Shown here: one piece after another, positions 32,341 to 42,534 of the stretch
Layout of the letters: each line of letters starts with the position of its first letter
Numbering within the stretch: the first letter of the stretch is position 1
Assembly (NCBI GenBank): GCA_963820825.1
Contig: CAWGBN010000008.1
Span: 320,001 to 384,000 of the forward strand
Length of the DNA: 64,000 nucleotides
Reading direction: 5' to 3'
Source of the DNA: Vulcanimicrobiota bacterium
GTDB lineage: Bacteria; Vulcanimicrobiota; Vulcanimicrobiia; Vulcanimicrobiales; Vulcanimicrobiaceae
Notes under the pieces: model-generated
The model's input: only the letters and a program-made list of their open reading frames with translations
Told to the model about the DNA's origin: nothing
Database searches by the model: none
Translations under genes and position numbers: made by a program

Positions 32341-33693
32341 ATGCTCGGTAAGAGCGCTCCTTGGTTCATCGCATCGGCGCTCGTCGTTGCCGGATGTTCG
32401 AACGCCGCAACCAACGCGGGACTCCCAACCCCCGTCACACACAGTGGTGTCACGACCGCATCGCCAATTCAACACGTGGTCTTCATCGTCCAAGAGAACC
32501 GCTCGTTCAACAACCTCTTCATGGGCTATCCGGGCGCGACGACGCAGAGCTACGGCTACGACACCAACGGCAAGAAGATCACGCTGCAAAAAGTCGATCT
32601 TTCCACGAGCTGGGACATCGACCACTTCTCCGCGTCGTTCTTCGCAGCGTGCGATAGTGCGAAAGGGCTTCCGGGAACGCACTGCAAGATGGACGGCTGG
32701 AACGAGGAGCACGCCACGCTCGGCGCGCCGATGAACCCCGCGTACTCGTTCGTCCGCAAGCACGACATCCAGCCCTACTGGGATCTGGCCAAGCAGTACG
32801 TGCTCGCCGACAGAGCGTTCGCATCGAACATGGACGGCAGCTTCGTCGCGCACCAGTACACGATTGCCGCGTATGCCGGCCGTTCGGTCGACGGTCCACT
32901 CTCGGAGTGGGGTTGTGAGGGCGGGAAGGACGACACGATCGCGACGCTCACGAAAAAGCGCAAGCTCGGGCCGTCGGTCGTCGCCTGTTTCAACAATGCG
33001 ACGATCGGCACGAACGCCGACGCAACCGGCGCTACCTGGCGCTACTATACCGCGGGCATCTACGACGACGGCGGACTCTGGTCGGCCTATCAAGCCATCG
33101 CCCCGGTCTACAATAGGCCCGACTGGAGCGCCGACGTGATCAACCCGGCCGCGCAGTTTCTCACCGACGTCAAGAGCGGCACGCTCGCGAACGTCACCTG
33201 GATCACGCCGACCTACGAGAACTCCGATCATCCCGGACTCAGAGCGAGCGGCGGGCCGGGCTGGGTCGCTTCTCTGGTCGATGCAATCGGCCAGAGCAAG
33301 TTTTGGCAATCGACGGCGATCTTCATTATGTGGGATGATTGGGGCGGTATGTTCGATCCGGTGAAACCGGTCTACGAAGATTACGACGGGCTCGGCTTCC
33401 GCGTCCCGCTGATCGTTATCTCGCCCTACGCGAAGCAGAGCAGCGTGACTCACAAACAATACGAAACGGCGAGCGTCCTACGCTTCATAGAGGATAACTT
33501 CAACCTGCCGCGGATGGCCAAGAGCGATGCGCGCGCGAACGATCCCGCGGGCGACCCCGCCGTCTTCGACTACAATCAGCCGCCGCGCGCCTTCAGGAAG
33601 ATTCGCGGCGCGAAGCCCACGCAATATTGGATCGAGCAGGCCCGGCACTCGACGCTGCGCGGCAAACCCGCAACGATGATCGGCGATGACTAA
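32341..33693 (+). CDS. Phosphoesterase/phospholipase C family lipoprotein
   Basis: Start MLGKSAPW; VAGC lipobox; QENRSFN, NMDGSFVAHQ, WDDWGGMFDPV. Confidence 0.9.
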   Translation: MLGKSAPWFIASALVVAGCSNAATNAGLPTPVTHSGVTTASPIQHVVFIVQENRSFNNLFMGYPGATTQSYGYDTNGKKITLQKVDLSTSWDIDHFSASFFAACDSAKGLPGTHCKMDGWNEEHATLGAPMNPAYSFVRKHDIQPYWDLAKQYVLADRAFASNMDGSFVAHQYTIAAYAGRSVDGPLSEWGCEGGKDDTIATLTKKRKLGPSVVACFNNATIGTNADATGATWRYYTAGIYDDGGLWSAYQAIAPVYNRPDWSADVINPAAQFLTDVKSGTLANVTWITPTYENSDHPGLRASGGPGWVASLVDAIGQSKFWQSTAIFIMWDDWGGMFDPVKPVYEDYDGLGFRVPLIVISPYAKQSSVTHKQYETASVLRFIEDNFNLPRMAKSDARANDPAGDPAVFDYNQPPRAFRKIRGAKPTQYWIEQARHSTLRGKPATMIGDD

Positions 33694-35050
33694 ACAGTTC
33701 GCCACGCTCCTAGTAGCGCTCACGCTCGCAGCCTGCGGGCAGTCCGATCGTGTCATCCTGAGCGGAGCGACCAACGGGAGCGGAGTCGAAGGAGCGTTCG
33801 GCGATACGCCCACGGCTTCGCCGATCAAACACGTGGTCTTCATCATTCAGGAGAATCGTTCGTTCAACAACCTCTTCTTGGGCTATCCGGGAGCGACGAC
33901 GCAGAGCTGGGGCTACAACACGAAGGGCAAGAAAATTCAGCTTCACGCGCAAGGCCTCTCGACCTCGTGGGACCTCGATCACTCCGCTCAGAATTTCTTC
34001 AACGATTGCGACCGTCAAGGGAGTCTGCCCGGAACCGATTGCAAGATGGACGGCTGGAATACCGAGGGCGCAGGCTTCGGCCATCCGAAGAAGTTCGATT
34101 ACGCATACGTTCCGAAGAACGAGATTGCGCCGTACTGGGATATCGCCAATCAGTACGTCCTTGCCGATATGATGTTCGCATCGAACTTGGACGGCAGCTT
34201 CATCTCGCATCAGTACGCGATTGCCGCCTTCGCCAGCCACGCGGTCGACAGTCCCGACCGACGCTGGGGATGTGAAGGCGGAAAGACCAACACCATCGCC
34301 ACGCTCACCGACCAGCGAACTTACGGGCCGCGCATCGTCGGCTGTTTTAGCAATCCGACGATCGGCAGCAAGGCCGACAAAGCCCAGATCAGTTGGCGGT
34401 ACTACACGGGAGCGATCTATAGCGACGGCGGGCTCTGGTCGGCCTATCAGGCCGATGCCAAGATCTACAAGAGCCCCGACTGGTACAAGTACGTCATCAA
34501 TCCGCAGTCGCAGTTCCTCACCGACGTCGCCGCCGGAAAGCTCGCGAGCATCACCTGGATCACGCCGGCCGGGGAAGCCTCCGATCATCCCGGCTTCAAC
34601 GCGAGCCAAGGACCGGCGTGGGTCGCCTCGCTCGTCGATGCGATCGGGACGAGCAAATTCTGGAAGTCGACGGCGATCTTCATCATGTGGGACGATTGGG
34701 GCGGCTGGTTCGACCCGGTCCCGCCGGTCTACGAGGATTACGATGGGCTCGGATTTCGCGTGCCGCTGCTCGTCGTCTCGCCCTACGCCAAGCAAGGCTC
34801 GGTAACGCACACGCAATACGAAACCGCGAGCGTGCTGCGCTTCATGGAAGATACCTTCGGCCTGCCGCAGCTCGCGCCGAGCGATACGCGCGCGAACGAC
34901 CCGGCGAACGATCTGACGGTCTTCGACTACTCGCAATCGCCGCGCGCGTTCAAAAAGATCTCCGGCTCGAAGCCCGCCGCCTATTGGGTGCGCCTCCAGC
35001 AAGATTTCGTGCGTCGCGGCATGCCCGGATCGATCCGCGGCGATGATTAA
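33686..35050 (+). CDS. Phosphoesterase/phospholipase C family lipoprotein
   Basis: LAAC lipobox; NLDGSFISHQ; REP-like linker insert. Confidence 0.9.
   Translation: MTKQFATLLVALTLAACGQSDRVILSGATNGSGVEGAFGDTPTASPIKHVVFIIQENRSFNNLFLGYPGATTQSWGYNTKGKKIQLHAQGLSTSWDLDHSAQNFFNDCDRQGSLPGTDCKMDGWNTEGAGFGHPKKFDYAYVPKNEIAPYWDIANQYVLADMMFASNLDGSFISHQYAIAAFASHAVDSPDRRWGCEGGKTNTIATLTDQRTYGPRIVGCFSNPTIGSKADKAQISWRYYTGAIYSDGGLWSAYQADAKIYKSPDWYKYVINPQSQFLTDVAAGKLASITWITPAGEASDHPGFNASQGPAWVASLVDAIGTSKFWKSTAIFIMWDDWGGWFDPVPPVYEDYDGLGFRVPLLVVSPYAKQGSVTHTQYETASVLRFMEDTFGLPQLAPSDTRANDPANDLTVFDYSQSPRAFKKISGSKPAAYWVRLQQDFVRRGMPGSIRGDD
33751..33793. repeat. REP-like palindromic element inside CDS
   Basis: TGTCATCCTGAGCGGAGCG...GGAGTCGAAGGA, read as VILSGATNGSGVEG. 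Confidence 0.75.
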
Positions 35051-36419
35051 ATACTTCGCAGCTTTCGCGGTTCTCGTTTTGGGAGCGTGTACGTCCTTCG
35101 ACGCCGCTCCCTCCGGCCGCTTCGCTCAGGATGACACAAATGGACATGTCACCCTGAACTTGTCGAAAGGGGACGCGCGCTACACCACCACGCCGATCAA
35201 ACACGTCGTTTTCATCATTCAAGAGAACCGCTCGCTCAACAACCTCTTCATGGGTTTTCCCGGCGCGACCACGCAGAGCTACGGATACGATACGAGCGGC
35301 AACAAGATCGCGCTGCAGCCGATCGATCTCTATACGCAATGGGATATCGATCACTCGTCGATCGCCTTCTTTGCGGCTTGCGACGGAACGGGAACGCTCC
35401 CCGGCACGAACTGCAAGATGGACGGCTGGAACAACGAGAAGGCGACGCTCCACGCACCGCCCAACGCGCCGTACGCCTACGTGCCGCGCAACGATATTGC
35501 GCCATACTGGACGATGGCGCAGCAGTACGTGCTCTCCGACCAGACCTACGCCTCGAATCTCGATGCGAGCTTCGTCGCGCATCAGTACGCCGTCGCCGGC
35601 TATGCGGACCGAACGGTGAACGGGCCCGACGGCGCGTGGGGATGCGAGGGCGGTAAGCCCGATACGACGCCGCTGCTCACGAAGAAGCGAACGATCTCGA
35701 AGAACCGCGTCGTTACCTGTTTCGATTTCACCACGCTTGCCGACGAAGCCGATGCGGCCGGCGTGAGCTGGCGCTTCTACGCCGAAGGGATCTACGATCA
35801 AGGCGGCATCTGGTCGTCGTACCAAGCCGACGACAAGATCTACAACGGCCCCGATTGGAGCGCTGACGTGATCAGCCCGGCATCGCAGTTCATTATCGAC
35901 GTCGGCAACGGCGAGCTCGCGAACGTCACCTGGATCACGCCGACCTACGCCAACTCCGACCACGGCGGGCTGCAAGCGAGCGGCGGACCGGCGTGGGTCG
36001 CCTCGCTCGTCGACGCGGTCGGCAAGAGCAAGTTCTGGAAGTCGACCGCGATCTTTCTGATGTGGGACGATTGGGGCGGCTGGTTCGATCCGGAGCCGCC
36101 GCCGTACAAAGATTACGACGGGCTCGGTTTCCGCGTTCCCTTGATCGTCGTGTCGCCCTATGCCAAGCACGGCTCCGTGACGCACGTGCCATACGAAACC
36201 TCGAGCGTGCTGCGTTTCATCGAGGATAACTTCGGGCTCGCACCGATGGCCAAGAGCGACGCGCGTGCGAACGATCCCGCAAGCGACTCGGCGGCCTTCG
36301 ATTTTTCGCAGAAGCCGCGCAAGTTCAAGAGGATCGCGGGTTCGAAGCCGGTCTGGTATTGGCTGCAAATAGAACGCTCGCCGGCAACGAGGCCGCCGAG
36401 CATGGTGGGTGACGATTAA
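35043..36419 (+). CDS. Phosphoesterase/phospholipase C family lipoprotein
   Basis: LGAC lipobox; NLDASFVAHQ; REP-like linker insert. Confidence 0.9.
   Translation: MIKYFAAFAVLVLGACTSFDAAPSGRFAQDDTNGHVTLNLSKGDARYTTTPIKHVVFIIQENRSLNNLFMGFPGATTQSYGYDTSGNKIALQPIDLYTQWDIDHSSIAFFAACDGTGTLPGTNCKMDGWNNEKATLHAPPNAPYAYVPRNDIAPYWTMAQQYVLSDQTYASNLDASFVAHQYAVAGYADRTVNGPDGAWGCEGGKPDTTPLLTKKRTISKNRVVTCFDFTTLADEADAAGVSWRFYAEGIYDQGGIWSSYQADDKIYNGPDWSADVISPASQFIIDVGNGELANVTWITPTYANSDHGGLQASGGPAWVASLVDAVGKSKFWKSTAIFLMWDDWGGWFDPEPPPYKDYDGLGFRVPLIVVSPYAKHGSVTHVPYETSSVLRFIEDNFGLAPMAKSDARANDPASDSAAFDFSQKPRKFKRIAGSKPVWYWLQIERSPATRPPSMVGDD
35094..35172. repeat. REP-like element pair inside CDS
   Basis: TCCTTCGAC...GCTCAGGATGACA (inverted copy), then TGTCACCCTGAACTTGTCGAAAGGG. 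Confidence 0.7.
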
Positions 36420-37796
36420 ATGAAAGCTCGCGCGCTCTTTGCCATTGGCGCCACGCTGCTGCTTTGCGCTTGCGGGCCGTCCTTCGACTCCGCCCTTCGC
36501 TTCGCTCCGGGCTCCGCGCCGCAGGCGCGAAGTCGAAGGACGAGCGACGAAAGAGCGACCACGTCGCCGATCAAACACGTTGTCTTCATCGTTCAGGAGA
36601 ACCGCTCGTTCAACAATCTCTTCATGAGCTTTCCGGGCGCAACGACCGCGACGTTCGGCTACGACAACAAGCGCAACAAGATCGCGCTGCAGGCAGAGAA
36701 TCTCGCAACGGCGTGGGACATGGGTCACTCGGGCGAGGCGTTCTTCGCCGCGTGCCACGGCAAGGGCAAGACTCCCGGAACGAAATGCCGGATGGACGGC
36801 TGGAACCAAGAGCGTACGATCGGCCGCGTTCCGCCGAATCCCGCCTATTCGTACGTCCCGCAGGACCAGATCGCGCCCTACTGGACGCTGGCCAAGCAGT
36901 ACGTATTATCCGACGAAACGTTCTCGTCGAATCTGGACGGAAGCTTCATCGCCCATCAGTACGCCGTTGCCGCATTCGCGAGCCACGCGTACGATTTTCC
37001 GAGCAGCGATTGGGGTTGCGAAGGCGGCCCCAGCGATACGATCCCAACGCTAGATAAAAATCGCAAGATCGGAGCGCCCATCGGCGTCTGCTTCAATAAT
37101 CCGACGATCGGCTCGGAGGCCGATGGCGCCGGCGTGAGCTGGCGATTCTACGCCGGTGCAACTAATGGCGACGGCGGGCTTTGGTCGTCGTATCAGGCCA
37201 TCTCGCCGATCTACCACGGCCCCGATTGGAGCGCCGACGTGATCAGTCCGCCGGCGCAGTTCCTCACCGACGTCGGCGGCGGCACGCTCGCAAACGTTAC
37301 CTGGATTACGCCGACCTTTGAGACCTCCGACCATCCGGGAGCGGAGGCATCGAAAGGCCCGGCTTGGGTGGCGAGTATCGTCGACGCAATCGGCGCGAGC
37401 AAATTCTGGAAATCGACAGCGATCTTCATCATCTGGGACGACTGGGGCGGCATGTTCGATCCGGTCAAGCCGATCTACAAAGATTACGACGGCCTCGGTT
37501 TTCGCGTCCCGCTGCTCGTCGTCTCGCCGTACGCAAAGCAAGGCAAGGTGACGCACGTGCAGTACGAGACGACGAGCGTGCTGCGTTATATGGAAGACAA
37601 CTTCGGACTCGCGCAGCTCAATAAGGCCGACAAACGCGCGCAAGATCCGGCGAACGATCCGGCGGTCTTCAACTACGCGCAGAAACCGCGCAAGTTCAAG
37701 AAGATCTCCGGTTCGAAGCCCGCCCGGTATTGGGTTCAGCTCGAGCGCAACTCGACGATCCGCGGCATTCCGCCGACGATTCTTGGCGATGACTAA
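36420..37796 (+). CDS. Phosphoesterase/phospholipase C family lipoprotein
   Basis: LCAC lipobox; NLDGSFIAHQ; REP-like linker insert. Confidence 0.9.
   Translation: MKARALFAIGATLLLCACGPSFDSALRFAPGSAPQARSRRTSDERATTSPIKHVVFIVQENRSFNNLFMSFPGATTATFGYDNKRNKIALQAENLATAWDMGHSGEAFFAACHGKGKTPGTKCRMDGWNQERTIGRVPPNPAYSYVPQDQIAPYWTLAKQYVLSDETFSSNLDGSFIAHQYAVAAFASHAYDFPSSDWGCEGGPSDTIPTLDKNRKIGAPIGVCFNNPTIGSEADGAGVSWRFYAGATNGDGGLWSSYQAISPIYHGPDWSADVISPPAQFLTDVGGGTLANVTWITPTFETSDHPGAEASKGPAWVASIVDAIGASKFWKSTAIFIIWDDWGGMFDPVKPIYKDYDGLGFRVPLLVVSPYAKQGKVTHVQYETTSVLRYMEDNFGLAQLNKADKRAQDPANDPAVFNYAQKPRKFKKISGSKPARYWVQLERNSTIRGIPPTILGDD
36479..36541. repeat. REP-like palindromic element inside CDS
   Basis: GTCCTTCGACT...AGTCGAAGGAC inverted ends. 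Confidence 0.7.
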
Positions 37797-39141
37797 ACGC
37801 TTCGCGCTGGTCGCAACGATAGCGCTCGCGGCGTGCGGAGCGCCCTTCGACTCCGCTCCCCCTCATGGTGTCATCATGAGCGGAGCGCCGGCGGCGCGAA
37901 GTCGAAGGTCGCCCATCAAGCACGTTGTGTTCGTCATTCAAGAGAACCGCTCGTTCAACAATCTCTTCATGGGCTTTCCCGGTGCGACGACGGCGAAGTA
38001 CGGCTACGATCAATCGGGCAACAAGATCGAGATCAAGCCCCGCGATCTCGGCGCGCAGTTCGATCTCGGCCATGCCTCCGCAGCGTTCTTCGCGGCCTGC
38101 GACGGTACGGGGAAGCTGCCCGGAACCGACTGCAAGATGGACGGCTGGAATAATGAGGGCGCGACCGGAAAGTATCCGCCGAACCCAGCCTATTCGTACG
38201 TACCGGAGAGAGAGATCGCATCGTATTGGGCGCTGGCGCAGCAGTACGTGCTCGCCGACAACGCGTTCGCGTCGAATCTCGACGGGAGCTTCATCGCGCA
38301 TCAATATGCCATCGCCGCATACGCAAGCCACGCCGTCGACTTTCCCGCCGGTCCCTGGGGCTGTCCGGGCGGCAGCGGCGACACGGTTGCGACGCTGAAA
38401 AAGGATCGCACGATCGGCCCTCCGATTCCGCCCTGTTTCGAGAACCCGACGATCGCCTCCGAGGCCGATGCGGCCGGCGTGAGCTGGCGTTTCTACGCCG
38501 GCGCCATTGGCGGCGACGGCGGCATCTGGTCGGCCTATCAAGCGGACCACAACATCTACTACGGATCGCACTGGAAGACCGACGTCGTCAATCCGCCGTC
38601 GAAGTTTCTCAAAGACGTGGCGAAGGGGCAGCTCGCGTCGGTCACCTGGATCACGCCGACCTTCGAGACCTCCGATCATCCGGGGATCAAAGCGGCGCAG
38701 GGACCGAAATGGATCGCAAGCGTCGTCAATGCGATCGGTGCGAGCAAGTTTTGGAGCTCGACGGCAATCTTCATCTTCTGGGACGATTGGGGCGGCATGT
38801 TCGATCCCGTCAAGCCGGTCTACGAAGATTACGACGGCTTGGGCTTCCGAGTTCCGTTCATCATCGTCTCGCCCTACGCCAAGAGCGGCTCGGTGACGCA
38901 CGTCCAATACGAGACGGCGAGCGTGCTGCGCTTTATTGAAGATAACTTCGGCCTGCTGCCGCTGGCGAAGAGCGATGCGCGCGCGAACGATCCAGCGAGC
39001 GACCCCGCTACCTTCGACTACAAGCAGAAGCCGCGCAAGTTCAAGAAGATCGCCGGCGCGAAACCGGCCGCCTACTGGATTCGGCTCGAAACCAACTCGC
39101 TGCTACGAGGTAAACCGAAGGTGATCGACGGTGATGATTAA
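37789..39141 (+). CDS. Phosphoesterase/phospholipase C family lipoprotein
   Basis: LAAC lipobox; NLDGSFIAHQ; REP-like linker insert. Confidence 0.9.
   Translation: MTKRFALVATIALAACGAPFDSAPPHGVIMSGAPAARSRRSPIKHVVFVIQENRSFNNLFMGFPGATTAKYGYDQSGNKIEIKPRDLGAQFDLGHASAAFFAACDGTGKLPGTDCKMDGWNNEGATGKYPPNPAYSYVPEREIASYWALAQQYVLADNAFASNLDGSFIAHQYAIAAYASHAVDFPAGPWGCPGGSGDTVATLKKDRTIGPPIPPCFENPTIASEADAAGVSWRFYAGAIGGDGGIWSAYQADHNIYYGSHWKTDVVNPPSKFLKDVAKGQLASVTWITPTFETSDHPGIKAAQGPKWIASVVNAIGASKFWSSTAIFIFWDDWGGMFDPVKPVYEDYDGLGFRVPFIIVSPYAKSGSVTHVQYETASVLRFIEDNFGLLPLAKSDARANDPASDPATFDYKQKPRKFKKIAGAKPAAYWIRLETNSLLRGKPKVIDGDD
37843..37908. repeat. REP-like palindromic element inside CDS
   Basis: CCCTTCGACTCCGCTC...TGTCATCATGAGCGGAGCG...GAAGTCGAAGG. 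Confidence 0.7.
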
Positions 39142-40483
39142 GCGATTTGCACTGCTCGCCACATTCGCGCTCGCCGCATGCGGGTCCAACAGTGTCATCC
39201 TGAGCGAGGCGCGCAGCGCCGAGTCGAAGGGCGAAGGGCGCACGACCGCGTCGCCGATCAAGCACGTCGTCTTCATCGTCCAAGAGAACCGATCGTTCAA
39301 CAACCTCTTCATGGGCTATCCTGGCGCAACGACGCAGAACTACGGCTACGATACGAACGGCGTGAAGATTGCGCTGCAAGGCTTCGATCTCGGAATCCTC
39401 TGGGATCTCGGCCACTCCGCCTCCGATTACTTCGCCGCCTGCGACGGAACGGGAAGCCTACCGGGAACCGATTGCAAGATGGACGGTTGGAACAACGAGT
39501 TGGCCGGCCCGTATCCGCCGAAAAACGCGCCGTACTCGTACGTGCTACAGAAAGACATTAAGCCCTATTGGGATATCGCCAAGCAGTATTCGCTTGCAGA
39601 TAATATGTTCGCTTCGAACCTCGACGGGAGCTTCGTCGCGCATCAGTACATCGTCGCGGCGTACGCGAGCCGCGCCGTCGATTATCCGCTCACAACGTGG
39701 GGCTGCGAGGGCGGGAAGACCGACACCGTAACGACGCTCACCAAAAAGCGCACGATCGGTAAGCCGATCGTCGCCTGCTTCAACAATCCGACCATCGCTT
39801 CGGAGGCCGACGCGGCCGGCATCAGCTGGCGATTCTATGCCGACGTGATCCACGGCTTCGGGGGGTTTTGGTCGTCCTATCAAGCCGACCGGCAGATCTA
39901 CAAGGGGCCGGATTGGAATACGGACGTGATTACGCCGCCCTCGCAGTTTCTCACCGATCTCGGCAACGGCAACCTCGCGACGATCACCTGGATTGCCCCG
40001 CTCTGGGCCAACTCCGATCACCCGGGCGATACGGCGAACGGCGGTCCGGCGTGGGTCGCGAGTCTGGTGAACGCGATCGGGACGAGCTCGTTCTGGAACT
40101 CGACCGCGATCTTCATCATCTGGGACGATTGGGGCGGCTTCTTCGATCCGGTCCAACCACCCCATGCCGATTACGACGGGCTCGGCTTCCGCGTTCCGCT
40201 CATGATCGTCTCGCCGTATACCAAGCGCGATAGGGTGACGCACGTGCAGTACGAAACGGCGAGCGTGCTTCGCTACATGGAAGATAACTTCGGCCTCGCG
40301 CAGCTCGCCCCGGCCGATACGCGCGCCGCGGATCCGGCGAGCGATCCCAACGCGTTCGACTACTCGATGAAACCGCGGGCGTTCAAGACCATCGGCGGCG
40401 GCAAGCCGTTATCGTACTGGCGGCGGATCGAAGGTTCGCAGCAGATGCGCGATGGGAAACACGGTCTGGACGATGGCGACTAA
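39131..40483 (+). CDS. Phosphoesterase/phospholipase C family lipoprotein
   Basis: LAAC lipobox; NLDGSFVAHQ; REP-like linker insert. Confidence 0.9.
   Translation: MMIKRFALLATFALAACGSNSVILSEARSAESKGEGRTTASPIKHVVFIVQENRSFNNLFMGYPGATTQNYGYDTNGVKIALQGFDLGILWDLGHSASDYFAACDGTGSLPGTDCKMDGWNNELAGPYPPKNAPYSYVLQKDIKPYWDIAKQYSLADNMFASNLDGSFVAHQYIVAAYASRAVDYPLTTWGCEGGKTDTVTTLTKKRTIGKPIVACFNNPTIASEADAAGISWRFYADVIHGFGGFWSSYQADRQIYKGPDWNTDVITPPSQFLTDLGNGNLATITWIAPLWANSDHPGDTANGGPAWVASLVNAIGTSSFWNSTAIFIIWDDWGGFFDPVQPPHADYDGLGFRVPLMIVSPYTKRDRVTHVQYETASVLRYMEDNFGLAQLAPADTRAADPASDPNAFDYSMKPRAFKTIGGGKPLSYWRRIEGSQQMRDGKHGLDDGD
39193..39231. repeat. REP-like palindromic element inside CDS
   Basis: TGTCATCCTGAGCGAGGCG...GAGTCGAAGGG, read as VILSEARSAESKG. 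Confidence 0.75.
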
Positions 40484-41824
40484 ACGGTTGGCCGCGCTCG
40501 CGCTCGGCTGCGCGCTCGCCGCATGCTCTTCCACAAATAGTGTCATCCTGAGCGGAGCCCGAAGCGAAGCGAGGGGCGGAGTCGAAGGGCGCGCCACGAG
40601 CACACCCATACAGCACGTTGTTTTCGTGGTTCAGGAGAACCGTTCGTTCAACAATCTCTTTCTGAACTATCCGGGTGCGACGACGCAGGGCTACGGATAC
40701 GATTCGAAGGGGAACAAGATCACGTTGCAGGGCAGTTCGCTCGGCACGTCGTGGGATTTAGGCCACGGTTCGGGCGCATTCTTTACCGACTGCGACGGCC
40801 GAGGGAAGATTCGCGGCACCAGTGCAAGATGGACGGTTGGGATAAGGAACGCGTCCTCGGATCGGCGCCGCCCGATCCCGCATACACGTACGTGAATCAG
40901 GGCGACATCGCGCAATACTGGACGATCGCGAAGCGCTACGCGCTCTCGGATAACACCTTTGCTTCGAATCTCGACGGCAGCTTCGTCGCGCACCAGTATA
41001 CCGTGGCGGCGTACTCGAGCGCCGCCGTCGATTTTCCGGTTTCGCTATGGGGCTGCGAGGGAACCGGCGGCGACACCATCGCGACGCTCACGCCGCAGCG
41101 CAAGCACGGCCCCACAATCGCCCCCTGCTTTACGAATCCGACGATCGCTTCGGAGGCCGATGCCAAGGGCGTGAGCTGGCGATTCTACGCCGGGTCGATC
41201 ATCGGCGACGGCGGAATCTGGTCGTCGTATCAAGCCGACCAGGCGATCTACAATGGTCCCGATTGGAAGGCCGACGTCATCAATCCGCCATCGAAGTTTC
41301 TCAACGACGTTGCCGGCGGCACGCTCGCCGCGATCACATGGATCTCACCCACCTTCGAAACCTCGGATCATCCCGGCATGAACGAGACGCAGGGGCCGGC
41401 CTGGATCGCGAGCGTCGTCAATGCGATCGGTGAGAGCAAGTTCTGGAATTCGACCGCGATCTTTATCTTGTGGGACGATTGGGGCGGCTTCTTCGATCCG
41501 GTCAAGCCCGTCTTCGAAGATTACGACGGCTTGGGATTTCGCGTTCCGCTTATCGTCGTCTCGCCCTACACCAAGCGCGGCGGCGTCACGCACGTGCAGT
41601 ACGAGACGGTAAGCGTGCTGCGCTTCATCGAAGATAACTTCGGACTCGGGCGGCTCGCCGCGGCCGACGTGCGCGCGAACGATCCCGCGAGCGATCCTCT
41701 GGCCTTCGATTACGCGATGAAACCGCGCGCGTTTAAGAAAATCGGCGGGTCAAAACCCGCCGCGTACTGGATGGAGCTCGATCGCAGACCGCGCGCGCCG
41801 GCGAACGTCCTCGGCGACGACTAA
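40473..41824 (+). pseudogene. Phosphoesterase/phospholipase C family lipoprotein, one frameshift near 40820
   Basis: N-terminal half in ORF 40452-40895, remainder in ORF 40751-41824. One base is missing in the GT-x-CKMDG motif (real or sequencing error). Confidence 0.85.
40541..40589. repeat. REP-like palindromic element inside CDS
   Basis: TGTCATCCTGAGCGGAGC...GGAGTCGAAGGG. Confidence 0.75.
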
Positions 41825-41857
41825 AAAAAGAGGGCCCGGCGTGATGCCGGGCCCTCT
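41823..41857. terminator. Intrinsic terminator between convergent genes
   Basis: A-run then AGAGGGCCCGGC-GTGAT-GCCGGGCCCTCT. Confidence 0.8.
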
Positions 41858-41898
41858 CACTATTCTAAGCAGTGTCGCTTACGCGACGTGGCCGAGAT

Positions 41899-42420
41899 TT
41901 AGTAGATTCCGTACGTTCCCGAAGCCGTAACGCTGGGGTAGTAGTACAGATAGACGTTCTCGCTGTTCTTGAAACGCGCCTTGGGGTGGGCCGAGTAATG
42001 GCGACCAGGCGTGATGTAGTCGTACGTCGGGTTGCCGGGGCTCGGATACCACTGCTGGCTCGCGATCTGTCCATGGCCGACCGGAGCGCCGGTCTTCCAG
42101 TGGGTGATGTTCGAGCTGGCTACGATGTCATACGTCGGCGGGCAGCTGTACGTGGTGCAAGCATACCAGTAGTCGTATGGGCCGGAGCCGTAGTTCAGCG
42201 CGTAGCAGCCGTTCGGGAACGGCGTGGCATCGCACGGGCCGCGGCTATCCGCATGGAGGTTCGCCGCCTTCAGGCCGATGCCATGGTGGTGCTTGGCCAT
42301 CGATGAGACGCCCGACCCGCCGCTCGGGATGGACGACGAGCTGCCGGCACCGCCGGAGCACGCCGAAAGAACGAGGCTAGCTGCGAGCGCAGTGCTCGCA
42401 CAGAGAAGGGTGAAACGCAC
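41899..42420 (-). CDS. Tyr/Pro-rich hypothetical lipoprotein
   Basis: LSAC lipobox, AAGGAG RBS, 173 aa. Confidence 0.8.
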   Translation of the reverse strand: MRFTLLCASTALAASLVLSACSGGAGSSSSIPSGGSGVSSMAKHHHGIGLKAANLHADSRGPCDATPFPNGCYALNYGSGPYDYWYACTTYSCPPTYDIVASSNITHWKTGAPVGHGQIASQQWYPSPGNPTYDYITPGRHYSAHPKARFKNSENVYLYYYPSVTASGTYGIY

Positions 42421-42534
42421 GTTTGAACTCCTTCAATAGCTAGGTGATAAGGCCGCGCTCCGAATAAACGGGGCGCCGCTTGGTGGGCAATGCGGCCTAG
42501 AGCCCGACCCCTCCTGCCCAAAAACGGCCTCTCG

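Noticed and set aside
15462..41824. Diversity-generating retroelement or invertase shuffling as the source of paralog diversity
   Set aside because: No reverse transcriptase or invertase, and no adenine-specific template/variable repeat pair was noticed; divergence spans the whole genes.
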